Source: Eledone cirrhosa (lineage: Eukaryota). From it: a stretch of DNA of 64,000 nt. This document shows, piece after piece, positions 49,520-60,618 of the stretch (position 1 is its first letter; every line of letters begins with the position of its first letter). Made by a program: the position numbers and the translations under genes. Below the pieces are notes generated by a model that was given only the letters and a program-made list of their open reading frames with translations, made no database searches and was not told the DNA's origin. The stretch is taken from assembly GCA_964016885.1 (NCBI GenBank), contig OZ024740.1, positions 9,982,001 to 10,046,000 on the forward strand. Reading direction: 5' to 3'.

Positions 49520-51283
49520 TTACCTCTCTGCGTCCCGGGGTTCGGGTCGCTCAGTTTCCATGGGGCTGGTGGAGGGGTTGATGGGTGGGGTGGTGGTTTG
49601 TGGTGGTGTGGGGGTATTAGTGTGTGGAGGGGTTGGGATCTTTGGAGTTGTGTGGGTGTTTGAGGAGGGGAGGGGAAAACCTTTCAGGAGGACGCGGTTG
49701 AGTGGCCTGGTGCAGGGTGGGCCCACGTCCTCAGGGTACATGTCTTTTAAAGTTTTGAAAATGTCAAGTGGGATTTTCACCATTTTCAGGTTAGGGAGCC
49801 CCATTGCCGTTACGAAATTCGGCCCTTCGGTTTGTATCGAAGGGTTGGTTTCTATTTTTAAAGTTAGGTTTTCATTGTTTTTGTTTATGTATGTGTAGAG
49901 TTTTTGTGTTGTTGTGTTTGTTTTTGCTTGTTGTTGTTGAGTGAGTTTGCGTTTTATTGTCTGTGTTGTGTTGTCAGGTGGGGTTATTTTTGTTGTTGTG
50001 GTGTGTGTACGTTTTTTTCTTTTCACTTTTTGGAAGGGAGCCCCCTCGTCTTCCGACGATATGAGCTCCTCTTCCGTATTGGAGGGGAGGGGTATATCTC
50101 CGGGTTGTGTATGAACTGTTTTTGTATTTGTGTTCTGTGGGGTGGGGCTGGGTGGGACCGTGTTTTGGGTTGTTTTCTTGAGCTGTTGTTGATGTTGTCG
50201 TTGTTGTTGTTGTGGTGGTGGTGGTGGTGGTGTTGTTGGTTTTTGTTGTTCTGGTGGAGATGGTAGTGTATTTTGTTGTTTTTGTGATGGTGGTGCTGGT
50301 TGTTTTTGTTGTTGTTGTGGTGTTTGTAGCAGTGGTTTTTTAGTTGTTAGTAGAGGGCAGGCCGTCCTCAGGTGACCTCTGCCAGCGCAGTGGTAACATG
50401 AGGGTCTCCTGCCTTCCACTGTGATATTTATGTAGGTTCGCCCATCCAGTAGCACTCGGTCGGGTATTCCGGAGATTCTCTCAGGTGTCATCTGTAAGAG
50501 AACCTCCAGACTTTTCCCCCCGAACAGTCCACTGGTGGACTCCCCTGCTGAAATTAGTATGTCCTTATCTAGGTCGGTAAATCCTGTTAGGACGGACCAG
50601 ATGTTAATTTCTGGCGTAGGGCTCCACATTCTTATCCTTTGTGTTCTTCTTCCTTTATATGTGGGGAAGAAGGTGTATTGTGGTGACACTATAGGTGCCA
50701 CCGAATATTTCTGAGCCAGCATTTCGTCCTTCATTCGGACCATAATGCTGGCATACAGCTTTCCTCTTTGAATAAAGAGTATATCATTTTTAATTTCTTT
50801 CAGAACCAGCTCGATTTGACTTTCGGTCAATTGCGCTGGCTTTCTCGTTTCGTTGGTTATGGTTCTGAAGCTTACGGTATTCTTGTAAATCTGTTGACGC
50901 ACTTCTTCTGGGGAGTTGATCGTAAAAGAACCATCCTCCCCAAAAGATACGTATTTTCTAGCCTCTAGCAAATTTTCCTTGGCGTTCGTGATGTCAATGG
51001 CTTTGTATTCCGTGGCTCTCCTGAGTGTTTGGGCAAAAGAAATTTTGTCTTTGTTTGTTGTTGTAATGTTGTTGGTTTCCTTATTTGTGGTGTTATTTTT
51101 TTCTTGAAAATTAATTTTTTCATTTGAATTGAAATTCTTTTTTTCATTGGAGAGGAGGGGTTGTTCAACAGTTTGAACTGTTGTTCCCTCTTCCCCGCTT
51201 GTTTTTTTGGTCGGCGTGGCGTTCGCTTCCAATATGGCGATATCGTTTTCGACGATATCGTTATCAACGATATCGATAAACAT
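49520..51283 (-). CDS. ORF1p: gag-like protein with a CCHC zinc knuckle and Pro/Gln/Thr-rich region (587 aa)
   Basis: CYHCAGRGHLRTAC knuckle, basic KVKRKKR patch, position directly upstream of ORF2. Confidence 0.93.
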   Translation of the reverse strand: MFIDIVDNDIVENDIAILEANATPTKKTSGEEGTTVQTVEQPLLSNEKKNFNSNEKINFQEKNNTTNKETNNITTTNKDKISFAQTLRRATEYKAIDITNAKENLLEARKYVSFGEDGSFTINSPEEVRQQIYKNTVSFRTITNETRKPAQLTESQIELVLKEIKNDILFIQRGKLYASIMVRMKDEMLAQKYSVAPIVSPQYTFFPTYKGRRTQRIRMWSPTPEINIWSVLTGFTDLDKDILISAGESTSGLFGGKSLEVLLQMTPERISGIPDRVLLDGRTYINITVEGRRPSCYHCAGRGHLRTACPLLTTKKPLLQTPQQQQKQPAPPSQKQQNTLPSPPEQQKPTTPPPPPPQQQQRQHQQQLKKTTQNTVPPSPTPQNTNTKTVHTQPGDIPLPSNTEEELISSEDEGAPFQKVKRKKRTHTTTTKITPPDNTTQTIKRKLTQQQQAKTNTTTQKLYTYINKNNENLTLKIETNPSIQTEGPNFVTAMGLPNLKMVKIPLDIFKTLKDMYPEDVGPPCTRPLNRVLLKGFPLPSSNTHTTPKIPTPPHTNTPTPPQTTTPPINPSTSPMETERPEPRDAER

Positions 51284-51458
51284 TTCTGAAATATTTATTT
51301 TTCACCCCAAAAGGGGTGAAAATATATTTACCCGACGTCTAGAGTCCCAGACTAGGGGTTAGAGTTAATTATACAAAAGAATTCAAAAAAATCCACTCAC
51401 AAAATTAGCAGGTAAAAATCCAAATCACAGAGCGATATGACACACGTCTACTATCCTC

Positions 51459-51502
51459 AGACAGACAGACAGATAGATAGACAGACAGACAGACAGCCAG
51501 GC

Positions 51503-51549
<47 letters not shown>

Positions 51550-51565
51550 TAGACAGACAGATATA
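51459..51565. repeat. (GACA/GATA)n spacer between Tx1 copies B and C
   Basis: Direct reading. Confidence 0.97.
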
Positions 51566-51780
51566 TTTCTTTATTTACCATAAAGGCATAAAAAGAAGGG
51601 ACAAATACAAAGGGGGAGTTTACATAAAACCGAGTAAAAAGGGTATAAAATGAAAATAATCAAAAACAACCTCAAAAGGGAGGGGACGTGATGGGGGTTG
51701 CACACACCCCCGAAAAAGTGTGCAATCCTTTGCCCGGGGAGCACATGGAGAAGGTGCTCCCCTCTCCTTCACTTCTTTAC

Positions 51781-54700
51781 CTACAGGATGGTATAGAGAG
51801 AAGGCCCATTTACACGAGCCATTCTCGCCACTATCACCCACCTTTCATAAAACTGCCTGTGGCCAAGCACCTCTCTCTCCATTCTTATCCTTCTTCCGAA
51901 GTGATATCGGAAGAAGTAGACCAGACTATGGCCAGAGAGGAAGTTGCCTGACCTCAGACCTTTCTATCGTGTCCACCAAACAACCTCTTTCAACATGGCT
52001 ATTACGCACAGTAAAACCGCCTTTGCTTCCTTTGTGAAGAGGGGAGGCGGCTTGATTGTCATCACGGACTCGGCACTCAATCGAATCGGCGCCACCCGCG
52101 ACAGCAGTCGCTCGGCGTAGCCCCACGGATCAGCCACGCCCGGACAGTGCACCAATGCGTGCGCAACGGTTTCTTCGTGACGCACGCAACTAGGGCAAAT
52201 CTTTTTCGAGGGTCCCTACCCGGGTGCCCGTGTCTGTAGAGCTTTTCTCGAACGGGTAGAGCCCCTCGGTAGCACTGCCAGGCCAGTGACTTCTGGAAGT
52301 TGTCCATTGGTCCCGGGCCGAAAGTCCTACCGAACAGGCTGGCCAGTTCGTCCTTTTCCATGTCCAGCGACTCTCCAAGGGTGTCATCGCCCCTGCTAGC
52401 CACCAGCCCTGTATAGAATGACGAGGTGGATTCTCCACCGATGGCCTGGCCCGCTTGCCAGAGAGCCCTGAGCGCCTGGGCACACTCAGTGTGCCATTCG
52501 CCCAGTTTTCCGGATCTTTGCTTGACCCAGGACTGCAGCTCGGTGAGCGAGACGAGTCTCGGAAAGGCTCGTCTCACGAACGGAGCCCACACCGGTTGAC
52601 CAGTGAGGAATACCTGTAGGTGCCGTAGCCTTAATGCGTGCCTACGCATCATCAACCACGGCATCCCCAGCCCTCCTTTCGAAGGTTGTTGGCAGCAGAT
52701 GGATCTTCTCACCACAGCAGGGCGCTTCTTCCAAAGAAATTGAAAGAGCATGCGTTCCATGGTGGTGGGTGTTTCCTTAGGGCAAGGCACGACAGTCAGG
52801 CGGTAGTAGGTGACGGACGCTATGTAAATGTTCGCCACCTCCGCCCGACCTTTCAGGGACAGTTTACACTTGGCCCATTTCTGGGTCAGTGCAAACAGCT
52901 TGCTCGTAACCTCGCCCCAGTTCTTTTCCACCTGGAGGTCCGGTCCAAACCAGACCTAAAGCAACTTCACCGGGCCCTCCGTCCAGTGTCCGACGACACC
53001 GTCGGGAGGCATCGGTCTGCCTCTCCACGTGCCGAGTTGCAGCCCAATGGATTTTTCCCGGTTCAGTTTCGCTCCTGACAACCTTTCGTATTCCTCCAGT
53101 AAGGTTCCGATCGCCTCGATCTCCGAGTCGGTCGATACCATTACTGTTACGTCATCGGCGTAGGCCGACACCGCTTTGCTCAATCCTGGTTCCAGGGGGA
53201 TACCCTGCATCAACTCCAACTTCCTCAGTAAAGGCTCGAGAGTCAATACGTACAGAAGGGAGGAGAGAGGGCACCCCTGTCGAATGGATCGTGTGATTTC
53301 GAACGGCTTCGAAAGGTAGCCGTTCACCTTGATCCTAGAACAGATGTGGTTGCTATGTAAGGCAGTGATCCAGCCTCTGAAAACAGGACCGAACCCAGCC
53401 GCTGCTAGCACCGCATCCAGGAAACCATGGTCGACGCTATCGAACGCCTTAGACTGATCCAAGTTGATCAGGGCCCCACCGAAGCCGGGTTTGTTGCCAA
53501 CCCTCTCTATGATGTATCGCATGAGGTGGAGGTTGTCGTGAATGGACCTGGATGGGATAGCACATGTCTGCGCATCTCCCACCAGGCTACCCACGACAAG
53601 CGCCAACCTCTTTGCTAACACCTTGGCCAAAATCTTTAACTCTGTGTTTAGCAGGGTTATGGGCCGAAAATTATTTATACTATCCCCCTTGTTCTCGTCC
53701 TTCCTCACCAGCGAGACTACGCCCTTGGCTACAGAACAAGGAATTCTCCCGTTCTGCTGCCAATTGCAGTAGACTGCTTCGAGGAGTTCGGAGAAGAAGA
53801 CCGGCATTGCTAAATAAAGTTCGTAAGGTATACCATCGAGACCTGGAGATTTGTGTTTGCTGCATTGGCTCAGCGCATCCCCGATCTCATCAGCCGAGAT
53901 TGGTCTCTCGCAGGACTCTGCCTCTTCGCTCGAGAGACGCGGCAGGCCGTCGAGGTATGGACCGAAATCCACGTCCCCGCCCGCACCCTCGCCTCCCCCG
54001 AACAATCGGGCAAAGTGCCTTTGAAAGGCCCCGCACATCTGCTTAGGCTCCCGGATCACCCGTCCATCTTCGTCTTGCAAAGACCGGATGGTGGATCGAT
54101 TTCCACTCTTAGCTTCTGTCACGCGAGCCCAGCCAACGGCTTTGTCCCCCTCATTACCTAGAGCACGTATTTTACTTCGAATGACGCAGCCTTCGTGCTT
54201 TGCATCGAAAAACTGGCTCAAGGCCGTCCTCGATGCCAGCACTCTGGCCACATCTTCGCTCTTTATTGCCTCTTCTAATTTACCTGTTAATTCTTTCTCG
54301 TTCCTATTCCTATCGGCAGCTAACATCTTGCTATAACTTATTGATTCTGTTCTAATCTCTCTTTTGAGAGATGCCCACCGTCGGTTGTTGACGATTGCAC
54401 CCGTCAACCTCTCCTTAACTAATCTGCTAATCCGGTCTCTGTAAGCCTCTTTTGCCGGTAAAGACAAATTAAGTTTCCAGTAACCGGGACCCTGTCTATG
54501 TGTTCTCTCGAGGTTTACTACGCAGGTCACTAATTTGTGATCTGTATAGCCAACCGTGAGCATTTCTGGACAGCTTAATATGTCCCTATCCTTATTTCTA
54601 ACTAAGAATCTATCTAAGTACGATCTAGATTGACCACTGTAGTTCGTCCAAGTCCAGGTTGGCACAGTTGGAAAATCTAGTTGATATCTATCGACCAAGT

Positions 54701-55217
54701 TAAAACGGTCGAGTAACCCCTTGAGGCTGTTACACCCCCCTCTATTAGGACATGCTTTTGCATAGTCCCAACGTGCATCTAGGATGTCATTCCAGTCCAC
54801 CGCTAGAAGCAGGGAACGCGACGTTCCCAGAAAAGTCTCCAGACGCTGGAAGAAGTCGGGTCGTTAAGCTCCGAAAGGGGAGTAGACGGCTACTAGTCTC
54901 AAGGCCGCACCTCCACTACTGCCAACGTCTAGCACCAACAAACGACCTTCCGGGTCCGAGTGGACAACCTGTACGGCGAGACCCAGGTGTTTTTCCAGCA
55001 ATACAACAACCCCACCCCCACCTCCAGGTTGACAGAGAGATGCGTGCATCTCAAAGTCATGGAAGGTAGGGGCCAGCTGCCGCACGACGCTGATCCGAGT
55101 CTCATAGATAACCATTACATTTATACCACGTGACCTGAGGTCATTTAGAAGCTTTGCTTGCTTCCAAGTTGAGCCCAGGCCACGTGCATTCAAACATCCT
55201 ACTCTTAATACATCCAT
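51781..55217 (-). pseudogene. ORF2 of copy C (YADD intact; stops and frameshifts at ~54864, ~54800, ~52956, ~52200)
   Basis: ORF fragments 54864-55217, 52956-54800, 52077-52931 and 51964-52185 are colinear with ORF2 of copy B. Confidence 0.95.
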
Positions 55218-55250
55218 GTGGGCGGCAAAGCCAAAGGAGAGTGTAGAGAC

Positions 55251-57158
55251 CTACCTTTCTGCTTCCCTGGGTTCGGGTCGCACGACTTCCATGGGGTCGG
55301 GGGTGTTGGGTGAAGGGGTCTCTTGTGGTGGTGTGGGGTCGTCAGTGTGTGGTGGGGTTGGGGTGTTTGGAGTTGTGTTGGGGAGGGGAAGGGGAGGGGG
55401 AAAGCTTTTAGGAGGACGCGGTTTATGGGTTTGACAGAGGGTGGTCCTACGTCCTCCTTAAAATCCTTTTTTAGTTTTTGGTAGAGGTTCATTGGGATCT
55501 TTATTAATTTTAATTGTGGGTTGTTTTCTGAAAAAACAAAGTTTACACCTTCGGTTTGTACCGAAGGGTTATTGTATATGAGTTCATTTAACTTATTATT
55601 GTTTCTGTTGATGTAAGTATAGAGTAATGTCTTTTTTTCGGATGGTGTGAGTGTTTCGAAGAGGGGAAGGGCAGGTTTGGTTTGGTTTGTTGCTGGAGGG
55701 GTGTTTTGTGTTTTGTTGGATTGTGTTGACATTTGGGTAGGGGCTGTTTGGCCTTGTGTGTTTTGCACATGTTTTCTTTTTTTCCTTTTAATCTGTCTGA
55801 AGGACTCCGTTTCTTCCTCCGAATTCGTTGGGTTATCTTCAGTGTTGGAGGGAAGAGGTATGTTTGCTGGTAATGTTTCCGTGTTAGTTTTCTTTGTGGG
55901 GGAGATGGATGTCACTATGTTAGACTGTGTTGTGTGTTGTGGCTGCGGTGGTTGTGTTGTTTTATTGAGTGAGGGGTTGGGTGGGACTGTGTTTTGTTTT
56001 TGGGTAATGTGTTGTGTTTGTTTGTGCTGTGGTGGTGGTGTAGTTTTACTGAGGGACGGGTTGGGTGGGACTGAGTTTTGTTGTTTGTTTATCTGTTGTG
56101 GTGGTGGTGGAGCTGGTGTTGGTAGCAGGGTTTTCTTCTTGTTGAGTTGGGGACAAGCCGCCTTCAGGTGCCCTCTGCCTGCACAGATATGACAGGACGG
56201 CCTTCTCCCCTCCACGCTAATGTTTATATACCCGTGGCCCTCTAATAGGATTCTGTCGGGTATTTGGGCAATGCGTTCAGGCTTCATTTGCACTACAAGT
56301 TCTATACCTGTTCCACTGAACGCATTGCCTGTGGTTTTTCCAATGGAAATCACGTTGTCATTCGCTGGATCGATGAAGCCAGCTATGAGCCAGCAGTAGT
56401 CCATATCTGGCATCATCGCATCCAGCCATATGCGCTGAGTTCTTTTACCGATATAAGATGGATAAAAGGTAAAATTTGTCGAACGAATCGGCGACAAAGC
56501 ATATTTTTTCGCCCCGATTCGTTCTTCATAATAATGAACATGCTTCCATACAGCCTGTCTCTTCTTATGAAAGTGGCTTCATTAAATACTTCTCTAAGTA
56601 CCGCTTTAATTTCTACTTGTGTTGGTTGTTGTAGCTTTTTTGAGATGTTGTTGATGGTGCGGAAAACGACCGTTCGACTTTCAATATCTTTGGTGAGTTC
56701 TTGGGGCATTTTTACCGACAAGGCTCCATTTTCCCCTTAAGTTATGAATTGTTTGGCGTTTTTTATTCTTTGTGCCACATCTGAAATATTTTCAGGTATG
56801 TACGTTAAAGATTTTTTTGTTGTTTGTGCAAATGAGATATTATTGGTGTTGACTTTGTCGTCTGTTTTGCTTTCTGTTATGATGTTGTTGTTTTCAAATG
56901 TTATTTTTGTGTTTGTTGTTTCTTTGTTTGTGGTATTAATATTGTCATGCAATTCTTTCAAAATTTTTTTGTTGTTGGAATCAATCTCCAGATTTGTGTT
57001 TTCGTCGACATTTTTCTCCGCACATTCGTCTGTTTTTATTTTATTTTTTCTTTCCTTCTCTATGACGTTAGTTGGGAAGGAAGGGGGGACTAAAGCGTGC
57101 GAGCTTACAACTCTTACCGCTGTCCCCCGCCACTATTTTCGTTAGCTTCATTTAACAT
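55251..57158 (-). pseudogene. ORF1 of copy C (CCHC knuckle; stop and frameshifts)
   Basis: CHICAGRGHLKAAC, VEGRRPS, IPLPSNTE, EDVGPP..P.NRVLLK and terminal MEVVRPEPREAER* are homologous to copy B. Confidence 0.9.
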
Positions 57159-57394
57159 TTATCCCAGACGATTGAAATTTTATGCAACAAAATGTTTTTT
57201 AAAACCGGTTTTTCACCACTGGGAGGGGCGAAAATGAGCTGACCCACCGCCTGACAGTTCAGACGGGGGGTCAAGCTACACAATAGTATCAAAATTAAAA
57301 TTAAACTTACAAAATTTCCGCAATAAATTGGAACAAAACTTCTGCGCGAAGTGAATTACGTCTACGCTATCGAACAGACGACAGCTAGATTAAC

Positions 57395-57432
57395 ACAGAC
57401 AGACAGATAGATAGACAGATAGACAGACAGAC

Positions 57433-57466
<34 letters not shown>

Positions 57467-57484
57467 GTAGATAGATAGACAGAC
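57395..57484. repeat. (GACA/GATA)n, 5' flank of the Tx1 array
   Basis: Direct reading. Confidence 0.95.
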
Positions 57485-57701
57485 GTGGAGATAATGAGGC
57501 TAGCGAGGAAGGATAAATTAGCAGAGGAAGGATATCCCGTCTATTGTAGATTGAGATGGGGTGTGGGGTAAATCCCGACTGGACGTGGTTTAACAGATGT
57601 TAATTAGAGAATAAGGGGTTTGTCACAGCTGATGAGGTTATAATGAGACATAGTTGACCTTCTGGTTCTACAATTAGGGATCACAGAACGTCACACACCC
57701 T

Positions 57702-57826
<125 letters not shown>

Positions 57827-57834
57827 TATATAAC

Positions 57835-57967
57835 GAAGGAAGTGTGGTAAGGAACAAGATGGACCACAACGTACCAGAGTACTCAATACTTAGGGTAGTA
57901 GAGTGGGTAATAGGAAAATGTTTAACCCCGACGGCAGAGCTCAAGCCGTTTCGACGGCTATTTCCTA
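57835..57967 (-). mobile_element. Miniature half-hammerhead element, copy 6 (single arm)
   Basis: Minus strand: gaaatagccgtcGAAAcggcttgagctctgccgTCggggtt plus the conserved tail; (TA)n flanks. Confidence 0.85.
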
Positions 57968-58424
57968 TATTTATATACGTATGCATGTATATATGTATGT
58001 ATATACATATATATATACGTATGTATGTATGTATAAATGTATGTATATACATGTATGTGTGTGGTGTAAGTTATGTAGTTCCCGAAAATGTGTGGAGTGG
58101 AGTGGATAAGTGCGTGTGTGTATGTGTGTGTGTGTGTATATGTATGTGTGTATATGTGTGTGTATGCGTGTGTGAAAGCGACTGAGAAATGTGGTTGTAG
58201 CATATATGATTTAACTTTTTGTGAGCCCACCTGGTGTAATGTTTTTAAAAACAGGGGCCCCCAAGATTAGACCTTCACCATGCTTTAATCCGCCAATGTG
58301 AATATTAACCGGCTATTTATTTATTTAATTAATGTAAACGTCTGTATAGAGCTAGTAAACTGTGACAGGCTAGGGAAGTATTGAGTACTCCTTACTTAAT
58401 CAAAAAGAGCTAGTGAGACTAATA

Positions 58425-58525
58425 ATTGTTTCTACTTTTGGCACAAGGCCAGCAATTACTCAGTACATTACAGGTACTTTATTTTATCGACCCCGTAAGG
58501 ATGAAAGGGGGGATTTGAACTCACA
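58425..58525 (-). mobile_element. SINE fragment (25181 family)
   Basis: ggcacaaggccagcaatt...ggtactttattttatcgaccccgtaaggatgaa. Confidence 0.8.
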
Positions 58526-58606
58526 ATGAGACAAATAATAAAAATGAAAAAGATAAATAAGAAAAAATGAAATAAAATAAATTAATTAAATTTAAAAAAA
58601 AGGAAA

Positions 58607-58637
<31 letters not shown>

Positions 58638-59022
58638 TAAAAATAAAAATGTCAAATATCGAAAGCCGCTTATGTATAAGAAAACGAAAAAGAAAAAGAA
58701 AAGGAAAGTAGTAAACAAATGTATTTTGTGCTCTGGGTTTTAGGCTAGTTGAAGTGTATTGTATGTTGTGCTATTATATAACATCGTTACCCCTTCTCCA
58801 GGTTTATATTACCTTCTTTCTCCCATGTGTATTGTTCTGTTTATAAGGTTTACTGGGTCTGTGTGATATCATATACTACACAAACACTAAAGAAAAGGTT
58901 TGACAAGAGAAATTATACTGTTAATATATCCTAGACATTAAAACAAAATACTTTTAAAAGCAAAAGGAAAAATTACACACACACACCCATATAGTGTATC
59001 ACGCCCCTGATACCCTGTAGTA

Positions 59023-59094
<72 letters not shown>

Positions 59095-59100
<6 letters not shown>

Positions 59101-59305
59101 CAGGTACACATATATATATGTACGTATAAGTTTAGCGGACGTTTATTATAACGCTCGCTTTGTCCGTTTGTAAACAAACTGACAGCCTGTTTTATGCCGT
59201 ACAGTGTTAAGGCAACCACGACACCTTTTTTTTTTTTTTTTTTTAAAGCGAGCGTTATAATAAACGTCCGCTAAACTGATACGTACATATATATATGTGT
59301 ACCTG

Positions 59306-59312
<7 letters not shown>
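59095..59312. mobile_element. Fold-back fragment of the retrozyme-like family
   Basis: 59095-59230 is the reverse complement of ~60163-60297; 59245-59312 is an inverted copy of 59095-59161. Confidence 0.85.
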
Positions 59313-59358
<46 letters not shown>

Positions 59359-59360
<2 letters not shown>

Positions 59361-59775
59361 ATGTCGGTGAGCATGTCCAGCCAACCTCAGTCTCCTCTGT
59401 GTCACTTTTGAGCTGACTTTTGGGATGCTCCCATACAGCTCTGAGTTTTTCATCCTCAGTGTATACTGATTAATGTTCAGAGCCATCCTCAGCATTCTCG
59501 TGTAGCACCCATCCACCATCTGAGTGAGTCTCTTGGTCAGTGTCCAAGTCTCAGACCCATACAGCAGCACAGACATCCAGAGTTGACATTGCACTCAGTG
59601 CTCCTTTGGGAGCCCCTACATGGACACACTAGAAGAGGAAGACCAAGGTTAACATATGTTGATGCCCTAAGGACAGACACTGGTCTGTTGGAGATGCAGG
59701 ATATGGCAGCGATAATGAGGGACAGAGACCGTTGGAGAGAACTCGTCCATGGATCTCGGGAATTTTACCCGCCTT

Positions 59776-59777
<2 letters not shown>
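59359..59777. mobile_element. RTE-clade LINE 3' remnant with 5' inversion
   Basis: Minus 59359-59572 SVLLYGSETWTLT...RRLRLAGHAHRHP continues as plus 59572-59777 HPELTLHSVLLWEP.HG..RRGRP...RDRWR; (TA)n on both sides. Confidence 0.9.
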
Positions 59778-59837
<60 letters not shown>

Positions 59838-59840
<3 letters not shown>

Positions 59841-60291
59841 TGCTACTGTACGTCTGTATACATATATGTATGTACGTCTGTATACATATATGTATGTACG
59901 TATACATACATACTTACATTTAAGTAAGTGCCGTACTAAGAGTGAGAAATGAAATTTCGTTTCATTCTATTCCAACTTATCGTTTTCGGTGCGCCTGGCC
60001 GACTGAACTCACTCGATATGCAAATTAGGCTGCTCAGCCGTTAATTTTCATAAGAAAAGTATATACTTTCTAACGTTCAACCATCTGGCAGAAGGGTATA
60101 CGGTGCTGACGATAGCTAACAAGCTTGAAACTAGTACATCGTTCCTGTGTCAGTGTTGAACAAAAAGGTGACGTGGTTGCCTTAACGCTGTACGGCATAA
60201 AACAGGCTGTCAGTTTGTTTACAAACGGACAAAGCGAGCGTTATAATAAACGTCCGCTAAACTGATACGTACATATATATATGTGTACCTG

Positions 60292-60379
<88 letters not shown>

Positions 60380-60432
60380 TGCTACTGTACGTCTGTATAC
60401 ATATATGTATGTACGTATCCATACATACTTAC

Positions 60433-60436
<4 letters not shown>
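59838..60436 (+). mobile_element. Retrozyme-like element, one full circularly permuted unit plus the start of the next
   Basis: gcatgctactgtacgtctgtatac at 59838 and again at 60377; colinear with the reverse complement of 25385-25986; hammerhead at 60101-60141. Confidence 0.87.
60101..60141 (+). ncRNA. Minimal type I hammerhead ribozyme
   Basis: cggtg CTGACGA t agct aaca agct t GAAA ctag ta catcg; GUA triplet, palindromic ACTAGT stem III. Confidence 0.85.
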
Positions 60437-60468
<32 letters not shown>

Positions 60469-60618
60469 ATACTTTGGGAGGGTCATGTTGCCAATAAGAA
60501 ACACACGCACCAGTTGCTTTCACTTCAATTTATTATATATTTATAAATTTACAAATTTATAAATTTATAAATTTCTGGTTGGTTGGTTGGTTCCACAACC
60601 AGATAGTTGTTTATATAT

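Larger units (their letters stand above)
45842..51458 (-). mobile_element. Tx1/L1-clade LINE copy B, full length (~5.6 kb)
   Basis: 5'UTR, open ORF1, open ORF2, 3'UTR with AATAAA; (TCTG)n upstream and a short tctatct remnant downstream. Confidence 0.97.
51566..57390 (-). mobile_element. Tx1/L1-clade LINE copy C, full length, several disablements
   Basis: Same architecture as copy B; flanked on both sides by (GACA/GATA)n. Confidence 0.96.
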
